Origin: Botryllus schlosseri
Lineage: Eukaryota
Length of the DNA: 64,000 nt
Direction of reading: 5' to 3'
NCBI GenBank assembly: GCA_051294905.1
Contig: CM119372.1
Coordinates: 4,776,001 to 4,840,000, forward strand
The notes beneath the pieces were generated by a model that searched no databases, was not told where the DNA came from, and saw nothing but the letters and a program-made list of their open reading frames with translations. The first letter of the stretch is position 1. The number at the start of each line of letters is the position of its first letter. Shown piece by piece: positions 50,101-63,718 of this stretch. A program made the translations under genes and the position numbers.

Positions 50101-53100
50101 GTCTGAGAAATGGTTCTAACTGATACAGGTAAAAGCTTTTTTTCCGTTTTGCTAATATTTTAAACAATACCTGCTGTTATCACATGCCGGTTTCCCGTAA
50201 ATGGAATAGAATATTTTTTTAATGTGAGACGTTGCTGGCAGGAACCAGTAAATCCGCGATATCTTCATTTGATTACGCATTAACTTAAAATAAAAGGCTT
50301 GAACGAATATAGACTTTTCAATACACAATCCAATTTCATAAATCTGGGAGAATTAATAGCTTCAAAGGATGCATATTAACCGATAAATTTGACTGATTGC
50401 GTGCTAACCAGACGGGGATATATTTATAGCTCAGGCAAATCTGGAATTAGGCTGAATCTATATCATTCGTATATATTACTGTATGTCATTATGTATAAAT
50501 ATGGCACAATATGTTTCTTAATGTCAAGTTATGCTTCATTTATGCAGAATTTTTTTATTTATTTGAAAAAATACCTCTTTACAACATAGGAAGTTATACG
50601 TTTTTCGGCGACCGGATTTATACGCGTTTACGGGTCAGTGAGATGCCGAGCGATTCCGTAATTCTGAAAAAATTAAAATATGAATGTATATCACGTATGT
50701 ATTATATACTACTGCGCTGTTAAATCATTATCATTGGCGACTCCAAAATGTAAAGCCACACTATTTCCAGCGCCATGAAAATGAAACTTCTAATCTACGC
50801 CGCGCAGACGGCAGGCACGTGCCCAACGTAAGATTGATGATCGCTACGTGAATGCTGATGAAGATTAACGAGAGGAGATTTTACATCCAATTGAACTACG
50901 TGGCGACACCGCATACCTGACCGAATGTGTACCGTTCATTAAGTCTGAGCCAGTAATTACCTTACAAGGATATAATATATACTTCATTCCCGTTTTAATC
51001 ACAATCGCCGCTATATTTACAGCATACCGTCCTTATAATACCTGATATTCATAACTATATTTCAAGTGTTTCTTGGAGGCACAGAACTTCAATATACAAT
51101 TGAATAATATATTCATATTGAAATAAACCCGAATGCGGTTGACACTCTTCAAGGGTCAGTAACTATAGTAGAGAATTCAAAAACTTTGTATATTCGTAAT
51201 GAGATAAACTCGGATGTTTCGGCTGAATATGGGACCATCTGATAGGTACCTTCGACTCCAGGAGGCAGGGTTGTAACCAAGTCACAAGGCTCCGAGTCAC
51301 AAGTCAATCTCACTTTTATAGTTTTGACTCGAGTCAAGTCGAGTCATTTCAATTCACCACCGAGTCAAGTCCGAGTCCAAGTCAGGCAGAGGGTCGAGTC
51401 CGAGTCATGGAATTATGACTCGAGTCCGAGTCCAAGTCATTGTATAGACTGCTCAGTTTCCAGTTAAAGTCTTGGTAAACTCACTTTTTATAACTCTGTT
51501 TGGTGATATCGGATGTTTCGCATTTATAATATACCAATTTACCTCACTTTTAGCTGTTTCTGGTCGCATATTCAAGTACCAGTACCAACAGACGAAATCC
51601 TAATAGAATGTTGGCTTCGGAATTACAATGAAATGTCGGTCTTGGCCGTCTGAGTTTCGAGTCAATGACTTGGTTCGAGTCATGCGCAATGACTCGATTC
51701 CAAGTCGAGTCAATACACAGATTGACTCGAGTCGAGTCGAGTCATTTCCGTATTTTGAAAAACTGACTCGAGTCTAGTCGAGTCATCAAAAAATCGTGAC
51801 TCGAGTCGGACTCGAGTCGAGTCATGACTCGAGTCATTACAAACCTGCCAGGAGGTGAGATTTCACTCAAATTTGTGAGATGCAATATCCATAATAAATC
51901 TAAAAGTACTGCACCGCACTGTAAATAGATAGGTGGATAATAATTGTATTTACTAGATTTTACAACATATGGTGTCATTGGCGAGGCGTGAAAATCATCG
52001 CTGTGACTCCTTCTGGTAGGGTCGAGAAGACGCATATGAGTCAGATGCACCATTTCATATGTAGATACATCCCAGGAGGGCACCATTCTACACCAATATA
52101 TCCATGTGGATTGTTACATTTAGTTCAGTTATTCCAACCGGAACGGGGAATGAGTAACAAAGTTTCAATTAAAGTTTCCCCTTAGCGAAAAGAGTGTGCA
52201 GTGCACTGTGCATTCACACCTAAAGGGCAGACATGGGTGCGGTAGGCTTCATGAAAACAGAACCTAACTCAGAATTACATCGCGGTCATAAATCCTACGT
52301 GTCTATCTGCATACCTTCCTACACGATCCTATTTACATGTCGTACATGCATTGCATAATTTGGAATAACTAAGTCTGAGACTGGTATCATTTGTATAGCT
52401 TCATTTAAACGCATGCATTCTTACGATAAACGGACGGAATCGGTATTGATTTCAATGCGCTTCAAGGATTATAATTTGTTAACGCGTTGCTATCTCTCAC
52501 GCAGACGAAGACCCCACGAAACACTGGCTGACCGCCAACGGCCGCAAGAAAAGAGTTCCGTACACAAAGTACCAACTACTCGAACTAGAGAAAGAGTTCC
52601 ATTACAACCAATACCTGTCGCGCGAACGCAGACAAGAAGTAGCCAAAGCGGTCACCCTATCCGACAGACAGGTCAAGATCTGGTTTCAAAACAGGAGGAT
52701 GAAATGGAAGAAAGAGAAAAAGGAGGAGAAGGTCCGCGACGGAATCAGTCTCCCCCCGCCGCCTCATATTCTCCACCCTCACAACCACGGGAATCCGATG
52801 CATCAAGCTCACTTTTCGCCACTTACTCATTACTCTGGTACGGCAGCAGCTTTCGCAGCAGCGGCTAGTATGGGCCACCACCATCATCACCCTTCAGCTG
52901 GCGGTATCGGTACACATCACCACCCTCACTTCAACGGATCACTATCAGGACACAACGGCCCGCCTTCTCACTTTCAACACCCCTCCTATTCAACCCCCCA
53001 TTCCGCCATGCCTGGTTCGATGGCCGCTGTCGCCGCGGCTGATTTTTTTTCGTCATTCCAGCACCACCATGGCTATCAAGTACCCCGCGATCCATCGGGC

Positions 53101-53130
53101 GGGTTACAGCTGGGGTGCATGTATAACTGA
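47172..53130 (+). CDS. Hox10: Posterior (Abd-B class) Hox protein, ascidian Hox10-type, ~435 aa, 2 coding exons
   Basis: Exon 47172-47853 ([10 protein letters not shown]...EKKSE, phase-1 donor G|GTGGGA) joins exon 52505-53130 (acceptor CACGCAG|AC). The second exon encodes [67 protein letters not shown], then a His/Ala-rich tail. WLTA-GRKKR-PYTK is typical of PG9-10, and the sequence is very close to ascidian Hox10 as I recall it. Confidence 0.9.
49222..49481 (-). mobile_element. Second, near-identical copy of the SINE, in the Hox10 intron
   Basis: Only a few differences from 22667-22922. Confidence 0.85.
51266..51847. mobile_element. hAT-like MITE rich in GACTCGAGTC motifs, in the Hox10 intron
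   Basis: cagggttgtaa...ttacaaacctg; TSD ccaggagg on both sides. Related copies at ~3636-4105 and ~19977-21120. Confidence 0.85.
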
Positions 53131-53842
53131 TAGCTAAATTCGATTCACCCCTACGTTTGGAATACGGCCATAAGTTAAGCGTGTATGAAACCCTGTTTCA
53201 ACGTGTAGAAATCTCCCGTAATGAAGGGAAATGATTTCGTGTCACGTAAACACGTTATGCAAACAAACTATGTTCGTGTATGGCGTGTAGGTATTTGTTG
53301 CTGTTTTATTATTTATGGTGTTTCTACATCTACTGTCATGCTACATCAGGCAGATATTCTATATTTTGGCTCATTGCACGGCACAACTCCGTTCTATAGA
53401 CTTTATTGCTTCACCGCTAATGCGGACCGGGTGAGGAGCTTATAGATAAACCTCCAACGAATAAGGAAGAAATTTTTGAGTCAACCTCGAACTGGCACTC
53501 CGCCAGTGTTGCAGCAGTGGAATGTACCACTACACTACTCGCCACCATGGCGGTAGTTGATCCTCGTTTAATTATATGAAGCCTTCTTTTCTGTTAGCGA
53601 AAAAGGTTCATATTACTATCCTATATGCGCGTAAACAGACCCCAACTCCATCTTACCACATATCTCCAGTCACTGTATGTATAGGTGTATTTGGCTCAAC
53701 GGGTGTTAAAGAAACATTTTGTAGAAGAACGTGCAGCTGATGCACTTTGCTACACGCTATTGGGGGTATCAGTAGATTCCACGATTTTCATTTATCGTAT
53801 ATGTGAGTATTATTTCCAATGCAGTATATGCCTATACTTTTG

Positions 53843-53870
53843 AAATTCGTCTAGGTTTGTCTACAGGGTA
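53843..53870 (+). promoter_or_regulatory. Candidate miR-10 target site in the putative Hox10 3' UTR
   Basis: TCTACAGGGTA (53860-53870) is complementary to miR-10 nt 1-11 and includes the 8mer ACAGGGTA. AAATTCG (53843-53849) is complementary to nt 14-20. Confidence 0.55.
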
Positions 53871-56464
53871 CATTCAATAATTTTAAATTTCCGTCGACCA
53901 CTTTGTGCCAGGCATAATATATGTCTGTTAATGTTTTTTCAGCCATTTATTTTATGTATACCGATCATATTTTATGTTTTATATGCTCCGGTAGAATGCG
54001 TTTTTTACGACACTAATCGATCTACCCGTTCTGTTTCTACAGTAATTAAATTCCATTTCATATGCAAAGAGGGTGGAATTCGCTCATTTTAGATGGGGAC
54101 TAATTTTATAGGGCTTACGTACTGTAGACAATGATACAGCGATTTAAGACTTTATATTATATCACGAAGGCGATGCATTTCTTTGACGCTCCAGCGAAAT
54201 ATTAGACAACGCGATTGTCCGTTGAATTTTGATCAAAAACAAAATGTCACCTATACGTCGACGCGGCATTCAGATCTTTGCTCTCATCTAAATTAAATGT
54301 CATTCACCGGAGGTGTTTTTTGTTTAATTTCCTCCAGATTATACAGCGATGATTAATGGGCAAACGATGGGCAGTTTCTTGTGCCCACAGTTTTATTATG
54401 ATACAGGGAAATTTACTGCTTTGCACAAGCTCATCTTATTGCTTGCGAAACAAGTCGTTACATCCCAATCACATACATCAGCTTATAGCATGATGTGTAA
54501 TGAGGGTATAGTGAGCAAATAACTGAACGTTTGGCAGTTGGTTCGCTTTACTTTGGAAACTATATGCGGTTTCCCGTTGTGTTCCTGATCTTTATTCACT
54601 TTAATGCGGACCACGAATTAGCGCCAATATATGATTTATTGCAAATGAAATAGTTTATGCAAATGAGGATCCCCCAAAGTAAACTATAAAGTCGTATAGA
54701 ATGTATAAAAATATTATACAGACCTATCGCACTATCGTCTATAGCAGGGTGATCCGACTCTGCGAGCAAAGCGGGCCCGGGGCCTACGGTCGGATGGCGT
54801 ACCGCCAAAAACGTAACGAGGTTTGATGAATTTTCGATTTTGTCGGAAATAGCAATGATTTAGCTTAAAAGCTACTAATAGGGTTGGCGAGGGCCCGCCT
54901 GCCATATGGCTTGGAACACCCTGGCGTACCGTTTATGCATATCTATACCCGACGAAGAGCCCTCCTTACCAGGGTGTCAGGAAATCCTGTGATAAGCATG
55001 GAAATGGTATATTTGTTACGTGGAGCAAAAGTAGTTCCCGGGCTCCGATGATTCCCCGAACATCCCTACAATACTGGGTGCGAATGCGGTGCGATTTCAC
55101 AGAACTTTTACCAGAACATCTTGAAATAATCCATTTCGTTCACGCCACATCGTTATGAGCACCAGATACAATATTTTATGCATACAGGAGAGTGGACATA
55201 AAGGCAAAAGCGTTTACCAATATCGCTTCTGTCGAAACAAAATTCGAAATGATTCAATCCATATTTTTGCTCATTTCGTTAACCAGAGATATGTTTAATG
55301 GAACTTTATCAACAAGCACAATAAGTTACATAAGGCCTCAGTTATTATGCACCATACAATCAACAGCAGCGTAACCGTACCATAACACAAGCATGGATGT
55401 ACGACTGCGCCAGCACGTGTACATACGTACGTAAATAACTTTGAAGCCAGCTGGCCCCTAATAGTAACTGACCCAAGCTCAGGATTGAAATTGTACAGGA
55501 GTTCTAGTTTTGACAAGCCATGTAAAGTTACATTGACATGTAATCCAAATTACGGAAGTCCCATTGCTTTAATTTATGTTACCGACTTTTATTTTCATAA
55601 ATAGACGTAATCAAACCAAAACCACACCGCGAAGAGTGGAGGTGGAGTTGTCTTTAAGTGTGCATAAATTGGTTATGTCTATATATGGGGCAGGAAAAAA
55701 CGAGTACCTGACTGATTCAATTGCTAGTTTCAGGTTTAGATTAGATTCAGTAATTTGGACATCATTTGCTTTTACGTCAAACTTAAAAAAAGATTTAACA
55801 GTAGAAATCTGAGTAAAAAACGTTATATTTTACTTTCGGGAACAATGGCAAAGAAGTGTCTTGCTGAAACGAAAATAGTCTTTTTTAAATGAGCCCCTCC
55901 ACGACGAAGAGGGTGGGTGGGTATCTGATTCCTAAGACTACTCCAAGTTGTTTCGAGACCTTCCTGTCTTTTTATTGTATCGCATTTTTTTGTGCAGTAT
56001 TGAACTGCTAAAATTGCTAATAAACCAAGCTGGCTGACAAGAAAAATCTAGATATTACCCGAAACAATATTCGTTCTCCATAAATTATATTATTCAGAGG
56101 CTGTAGGAGCAGGATTCCTATACTTGAAATGTCGCTTGTCCCTCCCCTTCCTACACCAGCATGCCGTTTTTACAGTGCTCTTTATTATCATCTAGCGACA
56201 CACATCACTGCAAGCAACACCACGCAGGTGTGGCAGTGGAGAGTAATGATTTGAATCGGATCCAATGAATTAAACGTGACGCACAAAACCTGCGGTGTGA
56301 TAAGCGCCACTATATCACGATTTTACTGCTACAAATAATAATAACAATAATACCAACTGCATAGCGTTGGGATCAGCATATATGTACATTGTACAAGCAA
56401 TAGAGTTAAATGCAACGGAGTAGTCAGACTTCATCTCATAGCAATTGCTTAACTTACTAAAAAC

Positions 56465-59400
56465 CAGTGGCGGCTCGTGAGTTTTCACAATATCGGGTAG
56501 GGGGGCAAGGGGTCCACGCGATTTTAATGGCCTAACTGACGTCACAATAGTGTATTCCGACGTGAAAATGTGACTTCGTAGTGGTCACACACAGTTTGTA
56601 TGGTGTATAGACATTGGGCATGGTTAACTAGGCTTACGTATTTCAAATTGTTCGGAAGAAAATATGGAGTGGAGTAGTTCCTACCTGCATATTTTAACGT
56701 TTATATCAGTAGGCCTATATTGCGCGGCGTGATTTCATAGTTGCAAAATATTCAATGACGAGTTCGTTGTAATCTGGAATACCCAGAATGACAGTGCTGA
56801 GAATCGTGGGCACATCTAACGCATCGAGCCTATATCTTTACGCATCCCGATTCTAAGAAAAGTCGCGATGCGGTTTAATTAGGGGTACCATATTTTGGAA
56901 ATGTGAAAAGAGGACACTTCTTCAAAATTTTCAGACTTGGAACACCGAACGGAAAATCTTGAAACATGGTAAAATTTTTGCACTTCATGGTCGGTTGACT
57001 AAAAAAAGGCCAACTTTCTGGCTCGGCTCCCAAAATACAGTTTTTGCAGTCTTTCTTATCAGTTGGTTGACTAAATAATAAAAAAAGGTCATCTATCGGA
57101 TCCAGCTCCCGAAATAGCCACCGGAGCGTTCCTTCAGTGCTGATTTACTGTATTTTGCCCTATATTTAACCAAAATTATCAAAAAAGAGGACAAAATCTC
57201 AAAAAAGCGTACGTTGGGCGCCCGCCGAGGACACTTTCAAAAAAGTAAAAAAAAGGACAATTCCTCTTAGAAGAGGACGTATGGTAATCCTAGTTTTAAT
57301 GTGCTGAAACCATGCTCGTATTCTACGGACGGAATCGGGGTGGTAAATATGATATTTAAAAAGTTAGTTACTTACTGCTGCAAAGTTGATAGAAAGCGAT
57401 TTTTAACTATCGGAATTTTGAAAGTGGTTAAACTATACTTCGGAGAAAGATGTATTGGAATATAAACAAGTCAACTCGAGTCGAGCAATGTCGACCATCC
57501 GGTAATATCGAAACACCGTTTGCAGTAGACCACATGCTTCAGATCACAATACCCAATTTCGTTCTAACTAGAGACATTTCCTCTGGCACCAGCAGTGTAA
57601 AATGGTATGACAAAGCGTCCTTATCCTCGCTTACACGCCAGCTATTCATTTTTTATCGAAATACGTTGGGAAAAGGGTAAGCGTGCGCTTTCCTCCCGCG
57701 TACGATTAGATCAATGGACAATTTATAGGCTGATAAGGACCGAGTCTCTCTACCTCTAATTATTGCTCTAAAGCAAACTGCATAAACGGCGTACGGAGCA
57801 GAAATTCAACACGATTCATGTTCGCAATTGACCTGACTAACAATCTGCAGATATGACCAGAGGTGGTCGAAGTAGTCAAGAAAGCTACTCAAGTAGATGT
57901 AGAAGTAGCGACGAAAAAAATTACTTGAGTACGAGTTGAAGTACTTCTTCCATGAGCCACCTAAAACTACTTGAAGTAGAAGTAGAATTGACTGACTTTA
58001 AATCTACTCAAGTAAGTAAGTAGGTTTGAAAACAGTCTCAATTCGTTGGTATGGATTGTCAAAAATTGCAAATTGAGCTATGTGGAAGGTGCGGAGAGCT
58101 TGATTCGTATTGATGCATCCCAGAAGGTATCAATTTTCGACAGAATAAGCATTCTTTCGCATCATGCGATGCAAATTATAGCATTGCTATGAAAATGCTT
58201 TTGTTTGCTAGAAGACCTCGTTTAAAAGATCATCATGGCATGGCGCTCTACGGCCTCTACCCCATATTATAAGGCCTCAAGTTTAGGCGAAGAGCAATAC
58301 GGAGAAGTTGTATCGGATACGGTTTCAACAGTTTGCGCGATTATTTTACGTTACAAACAAATATTGGGGAGCGTAAAATATGCATTTAGTGTAGCTATAT
58401 TTTCGGAAAATAAAGGCATTACTACACTTGCTTTTATGCTTCAACATTTATATTCTGCAGAGAATAGAATTGAAAGCAATTAGAACGCAAAGTATGATAC
58501 TCGGAATTGAAAGTGAAATACAAATACCACTTCTAAAAAGCGGAAAATATATTTCATGTCTTTCGTTCATAAATCTTTAAAGGTGATCTGCTAAAACGGG
58601 TGTAACGTTTAAAAAAGCCGGATTTTCCAGATTAGCAGGACACGTCATGGGTGCTAGATTACGATATGATTGGTAATTGCTAGCTTGCAAAACGGTAGTT
58701 TCAAACGTTATGGTGGGCCACATTTACTGTGATGGAATATTTGATATGGGCGACAATGCGGTGTGAGCGGAACCAAGCAATCCGGTACCTAAATTATATT
58801 CACTGATACTTTCGTGAAAACATATTTGCCACTCCAGAACTACTGTGCGCGAAGCGCAACAAAATTTCCGGGCTTTACTTGACTTTTAGGAATATTAAAT
58901 GTTGGTACTCCGTGAAAACAGCCCCGAAATTCCACAGGCTATCTTCCGTATTGAAGGATTAAACTACTTATACTTGACAGACTGAAAATAGCGAAAAGTA
59001 AGTAAGTAGATCACAAAATATAACGAAGTAGAAGTATAGAGAAAATCAGATCTATTTGAGTAAGTACCAGAAGTAGAGGAAAAGTACTTGAGTACTTTCA
59101 AAAAGTAGAAGTACTTCGTTACTGACCACCTCTGAATATGACTATAACTCGAGATATTGTGTATGCAGCCTAATCGGAAATGACAACGAGTTCAGACACA
59201 TACGCCATTTTTATCTCATGGATTTGGCCTGTCTTGTTGAATCCAACACATCAGTTTGAATGGTCTTCGGAGATCTAAGACGAAACAACCTCAGAATCTC
59301 GGTCTCGGAACAACATAGGAGATTTTGGCTTTAAGCAAAGTTGCCCCATTTGCTCGGTAATTTGATGAATAGGAGAGAGTAAATCGCCGTTTCTTTATTA

Positions 59401-59684
59401 TGAACGGATTTGAGAGAACAGACAGTGAAAGCTTGTTATGAGCGCGACCGGGGTATGTCCCGGCTAGGCATTTACAAAGCAAAAACACAGAAGATAATTC
59501 GATTTTCGCAGAGACCTCGCTATATATGGGCATTTAAAAGCGAAAGAAAAAAAAAGAATGTGATTTTCGCCATGATTTCGGTATATATTGATTGCCGTGC
59601 GTCTATAAATCGTAAATCATTGTTATTGAACATAATTTTAGGTGGGGCAATGCCCCTATTGCCCTATTAGACGAGCCGCCACTG
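56465..59684. mobile_element. CAGTGGCGGCTCGT-family element in opposite orientation, with nested MITEs (~56880-57292 and 57858-59134)
   Basis: Same TIR; subterminal similarity to 30638-33068; TSD ctaaaaac/ccaaaaac. Confidence 0.78.
57858..59134. mobile_element. Second copy of the CAGAGGTGGTC element, nested in 56465-59684
   Basis: Collinear with 27928-29133; TSD gatatgac/aatatgac. Confidence 0.85.
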
Positions 59685-60944
59685 CCAAAAACATTTCGAT
59701 CCAATATCTTGTCGTTGTGCATTATTTCCACCGGTACTGTTTCCACAGTTTTGAGATATGGTCAATTGGTCATAGACATTTAATTGACGGGAGTCGTGAG
59801 CCTCCCGTCAGCCATACTATGATAAGTGGAAGATTTCTGCTATGGACAATGGACATGCAGCTTGGCTAGAAGTGATCTGTGATTGCGAAGCACCGTGGAT
59901 TATGCAGTGATATGCTGGAGACTACATTTAAATCTCATGTAACAAAGTAAAAAGACGTGCGAAAAAAATCCTATCGATATCAATTAATAATACCATACTC
60001 GCAATTGTTTCCAAGAGATTCTTACTAATTTTATGCTGTCAGATGAAATCTAATCTGACATTAATTTGTGTGCAGTCACGTAGTTATATAAACCGCTTTT
60101 CCTGATGAAGAGGCATGATCATAGTTGTGCTTCGTGGAAGCAAGTTAATCACTGATTTTCAGGCCTGTTTATTTTTGAATATTGGGTTTTATTTTTGGAG
60201 ACTCTCCCAAAATAAGATTTGAAAACATCCAAAAATATGTCAGGGGCAAAAGCTTGGAATAGTGAGGAGTTTGGAGAGTTAGCCATCCATCCGTTTTTGG
60301 ACCCCTAGGCTCGATGTTTCCCACAATTGAGACGGTCGAGGCCGATTTCTCGAAAACCACGTGGGTGGAGGGTCTCGACCGGGCGTCTCTCACAGATTTT
60401 TCTTTGGAGGGCATTCTCCAGGCCAAAGACTTTGTGACGAATGTATTGGAAAGTTATATCAAGATCACTGATGATGTCGATGTGTAAGAGGACTTGAATA
60501 TATGATAATAACATACTGTCGGTGGAGTTTTCCAGTAGTATTAGGGCTAAAAACACCTTTATTTCTCATTTTTGTAGTTTCTCCAAAAATAAAATTTGAA
60601 AACATCTTAGACTAAGCTATTTTGTTATTTTTGGAGAAATCCGAAAATGATCATGCTTGCTGATTTCGCGTCGAGTATTAAAATTCGAGTCGAGTTCTCG
60701 ACGATCGCTAATTTTAACGTCATACACATAGGAAATATTTAAAACTTGAAATAGGTACCTTTCATTCGGTCATTAAGAAAATATTGCCTGACTAACTGCT
60801 GTCTAATTTTCTCTGCTTCTCAGATGAAAGGGAACGTTTGTTGTTAACTTTGGTATGTGAGCACCGCCCTAATTTGACATGAATTTGTGTATATGTGTAA
60901 TTATAAATTATCGGGTTGAGTGACGTCGTGCGGGCGGTGGTTAC

Positions 60945-62127
60945 TAGGGCTATGGGCAAAATCAAGTATAGTGGTCTAGTATGAACCTTCGAATAGAGTC
61001 GTTTTCTCGAGTATCACTCAATATGAGATCATCCACAGAGCCATAATTGCAAAGTGAAAATATCTAGCTTTCATTCGGCCTCAGATCAAATATTGCCACT
61101 TCAAATTGATTAGAGATAACTTCGAATGTGTCTAACTGTCTACCATACATCGCGCATTGTGACAACGCCTGGGTTTGATCACTATACTTCAAAGTAGTGT
61201 GTCGTTTTTATGGACATACGTAACCTGTAATACGTGTCTGGATTCTATAGCGTGAGGTAGTTATCGGAATGATAATTCCCCTAAAAAATCTTAATCGCAA
61301 GATGCGTATAAATTAGGTACTTGAAAAATGGCTCGTGGATTTGTATGAATTTGAAATTGTAAAAATCATGAAACAATATAATGAAAGAACACTACCTGAA
61401 TATTTCGACAACTTTTTTCAATGCCCCAATTCAATTCACCATTATAACACAAGATTCTCACAGAATCAGTCCCTATTTGTTAAATTGCATTCATCAAGAC
61501 TGTCAAGAAATTCCCTATCTTATATAGGTGTGAAATTTTGGAACAATGTACCAACTTTCTACCGTACTCTTCCTTATCATACATTTAAAGCTCGCTATTG
61601 CAAATTTATATTATCCAAGTACTAAGAACATATCTCATGACCACAGTGATGTTGTTTGTTGTTTTGATTCATTTAATATGCTACAATAATATTACCACTG
61701 TGTACATGGGTCAAATTGTTATTTTCTGATCACACTGTTAACTATGGTAACCGTCCTTCACTAGTGTTGCTGTCTTTTATTTACTTTTGTTTATTTCGTT
61801 ACTCTTTGCGTTGCTACTCTGAGAGAAGAAATTGATCCATATTATAATTAATACTGCCATTATGCTTGGGTGACTCCGGCCTAGAAGACTTCGGTCATAT
61901 CGGGTCTCCCAGTCTATACCATGTAAATTATAGTTAGGAAAATTTTAAAAATGTATACTATTGGACGTGAATGTTTGTGGACATTGCCTTTACTATATTT
62001 CATGGTTGACGAATAAAAGAACTCTCTCTCTCTCTCTCTCTCTCGTACTATAGGCCTACTCGAATCCAGTCCTTATTGTAAATGCTGGACTCGGATTGGA
62101 GCATCAGAATCGTTGTGCCCAGCCCTA
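60945..62127. mobile_element. TAGGGCT-type MITE hosting the LINE fragment
   Basis: tagggct...gcccagcccta; TSD gtggttac at 60937-60944 and 62128-62135. Confidence 0.75.
61335..62044 (+). mobile_element. 5'-truncated LINE (CR1/L2-group, Crack/Daphne-like): ORF2 C-terminus plus 3' UTR
   Basis: ORF ...LPEYFDNFF...IHHYNTR...SLSYIGVKFWNNVP...TFK is a typical ORF2 tail. The 3' UTR has a stem-loop (gggtgactccgg...tcgggtctccc), AATAAA and a (CT)n tail. A second 3'-UTR fragment lies at ~62506-62690. Confidence 0.8.
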
Positions 62128-63273
62128 GTGGTTACATGCTAGCGTAAAGATACAGGCAGGAATGGATTAGATCACTGGCCTATCCTATAAGAGACTGGGT
62201 TTTATAATAGCTCCTCATCTCTGTCTCTGAGTGTAATTCAAAGAAGGAAAGATGAAGATGAACGCACGGATCTAAAAGAGGATACATCAGTGGGAGTGCG
62301 AGAGGGAGAGGGATTGAAAAGATGTCAGTCGCTAATGAGCAATGAGACTGTCTGATTACAAACGTAACGTGGTGCACATGACAGTTCCAGGCGATGAGCA
62401 TCTCAAGTTGCCACGGTGATAACAGTAATAATAATGACACCAATGTACCGCTGGACTAATTTACAATTGGACATCAGTAAACTGTAATTTCGATTGATCA
62501 TTCGATTCTTGGGTGACTCTGGCCTAGACGACTTCGGCCATATCGGGCCTCCCAGTCTATACCGTGTAAAATATAGTTGAAAAAAAAATGTACTATTGGA
62601 CGTGAATGTTTGTGCACATTGCCTATCCCCATAGTCTACTATATTACATGGTTGACGAAAAGAGAATTTCCTCTCTTCTCTCTCTCTTCATATTTTCAAT
62701 TATCTCTATTATAGTTAATTCTGCAATCTAACCTTCATGCATGTGTTGCATAGGAATAACAATTTGGCCTTATTAGTGAAATCGTAAACGTCTATTTCAA
62801 TTCGTCCTATCCTTAGGGGCAGGCTTCTCCCCGGATTGTGAGTGTATTTACCTGTTTTACTGTGAATACAGAATATAATAAGGATTCGAAATATCACTAT
62901 ATTGGGCACGGTGAAATGTGCATATTCTTTGGAAGACCTTGATTGCACTTCTAGACTGAAAAAGTTACAGCATAACTTCTGTAATTCCTATTCTCAATTT
63001 TCAATCAAAACCCTTGCCAATTCTTGACCCGATGCATTTCTGTGATCCGATCATGTATGCATGGGAATAACAATTCGACTTTACTAATGAATTTAAGTTT
63101 ACATCACTCTCGCCATTTTCCTAAGGGGGCAGGTTGCTCCTCGGATTGTGTGTGTATTTACCAGTTTTACTGCGAATAAATAAGATCAAAGGGACAGTAT
63201 GTATGAAATATGTTTCTACTATCATTGAACAGGCATGACCATATCCTTTCCAGGAGGTATTTCGCGATATTAT

Positions 63274-63718
63274 TAGGGTTGCATTGAAAACAAACGGTGT
63301 TTTAAAACACTTTGTTTAAAACATGTTTTAAACAGTGTTTTAAAAAAAGTCATTTAAAAAAAACAAAATTGTGTTTTTCTTAAGTTGTAAAATTATGCCA
63401 TAATTGTGTAAATACTTTCCAAAAAACATGCTGTATGAGCCTACGGTCAATTACCATCAGGTATAGCCGACGTATATCGATACGGGATGGTTGGAACTCT
63501 AAAAAATAGTCGGTTCAACATTAATAGTACAGATATTTCGTCAAAGGGGCTATATTTACTCTACAGTTTCAATTGTCAATGTCATTCCACTATGACGTCA
63601 CAATTGGATATTCGTGACGTCATGGCTTTTAAAAAACAATTAAAAAACATGTTTTAAATTAGGGTCTTGTTTCAAACATGTTTGTTTTAAATTGATTTTT
63701 GTTTTAAATGCAACCCCA
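63274..63718. mobile_element. Palindromic MITE (AAACATGTTT-rich)
   Basis: gggttgcatt(g)aaaacaaa / tttgttttaaatgcaaccc termini; TSD not resolved. Confidence 0.65.

Noticed and set aside
52413..52868. 151-aa ORF overlapping the homeobox
   Set aside because: Alternative-frame shadow. The homeodomain frame is entered by splicing at 52505.
53841..53870. miR-10 gene on the minus strand
   Set aside because: The match is interrupted after nt 11 and I see no pre-miRNA hairpin. It reads better as a target site.
60100..60140. Hammerhead-like CTGATGA followed by a hairpin
   Set aside because: No GAAA box or cleavage triplet follows.
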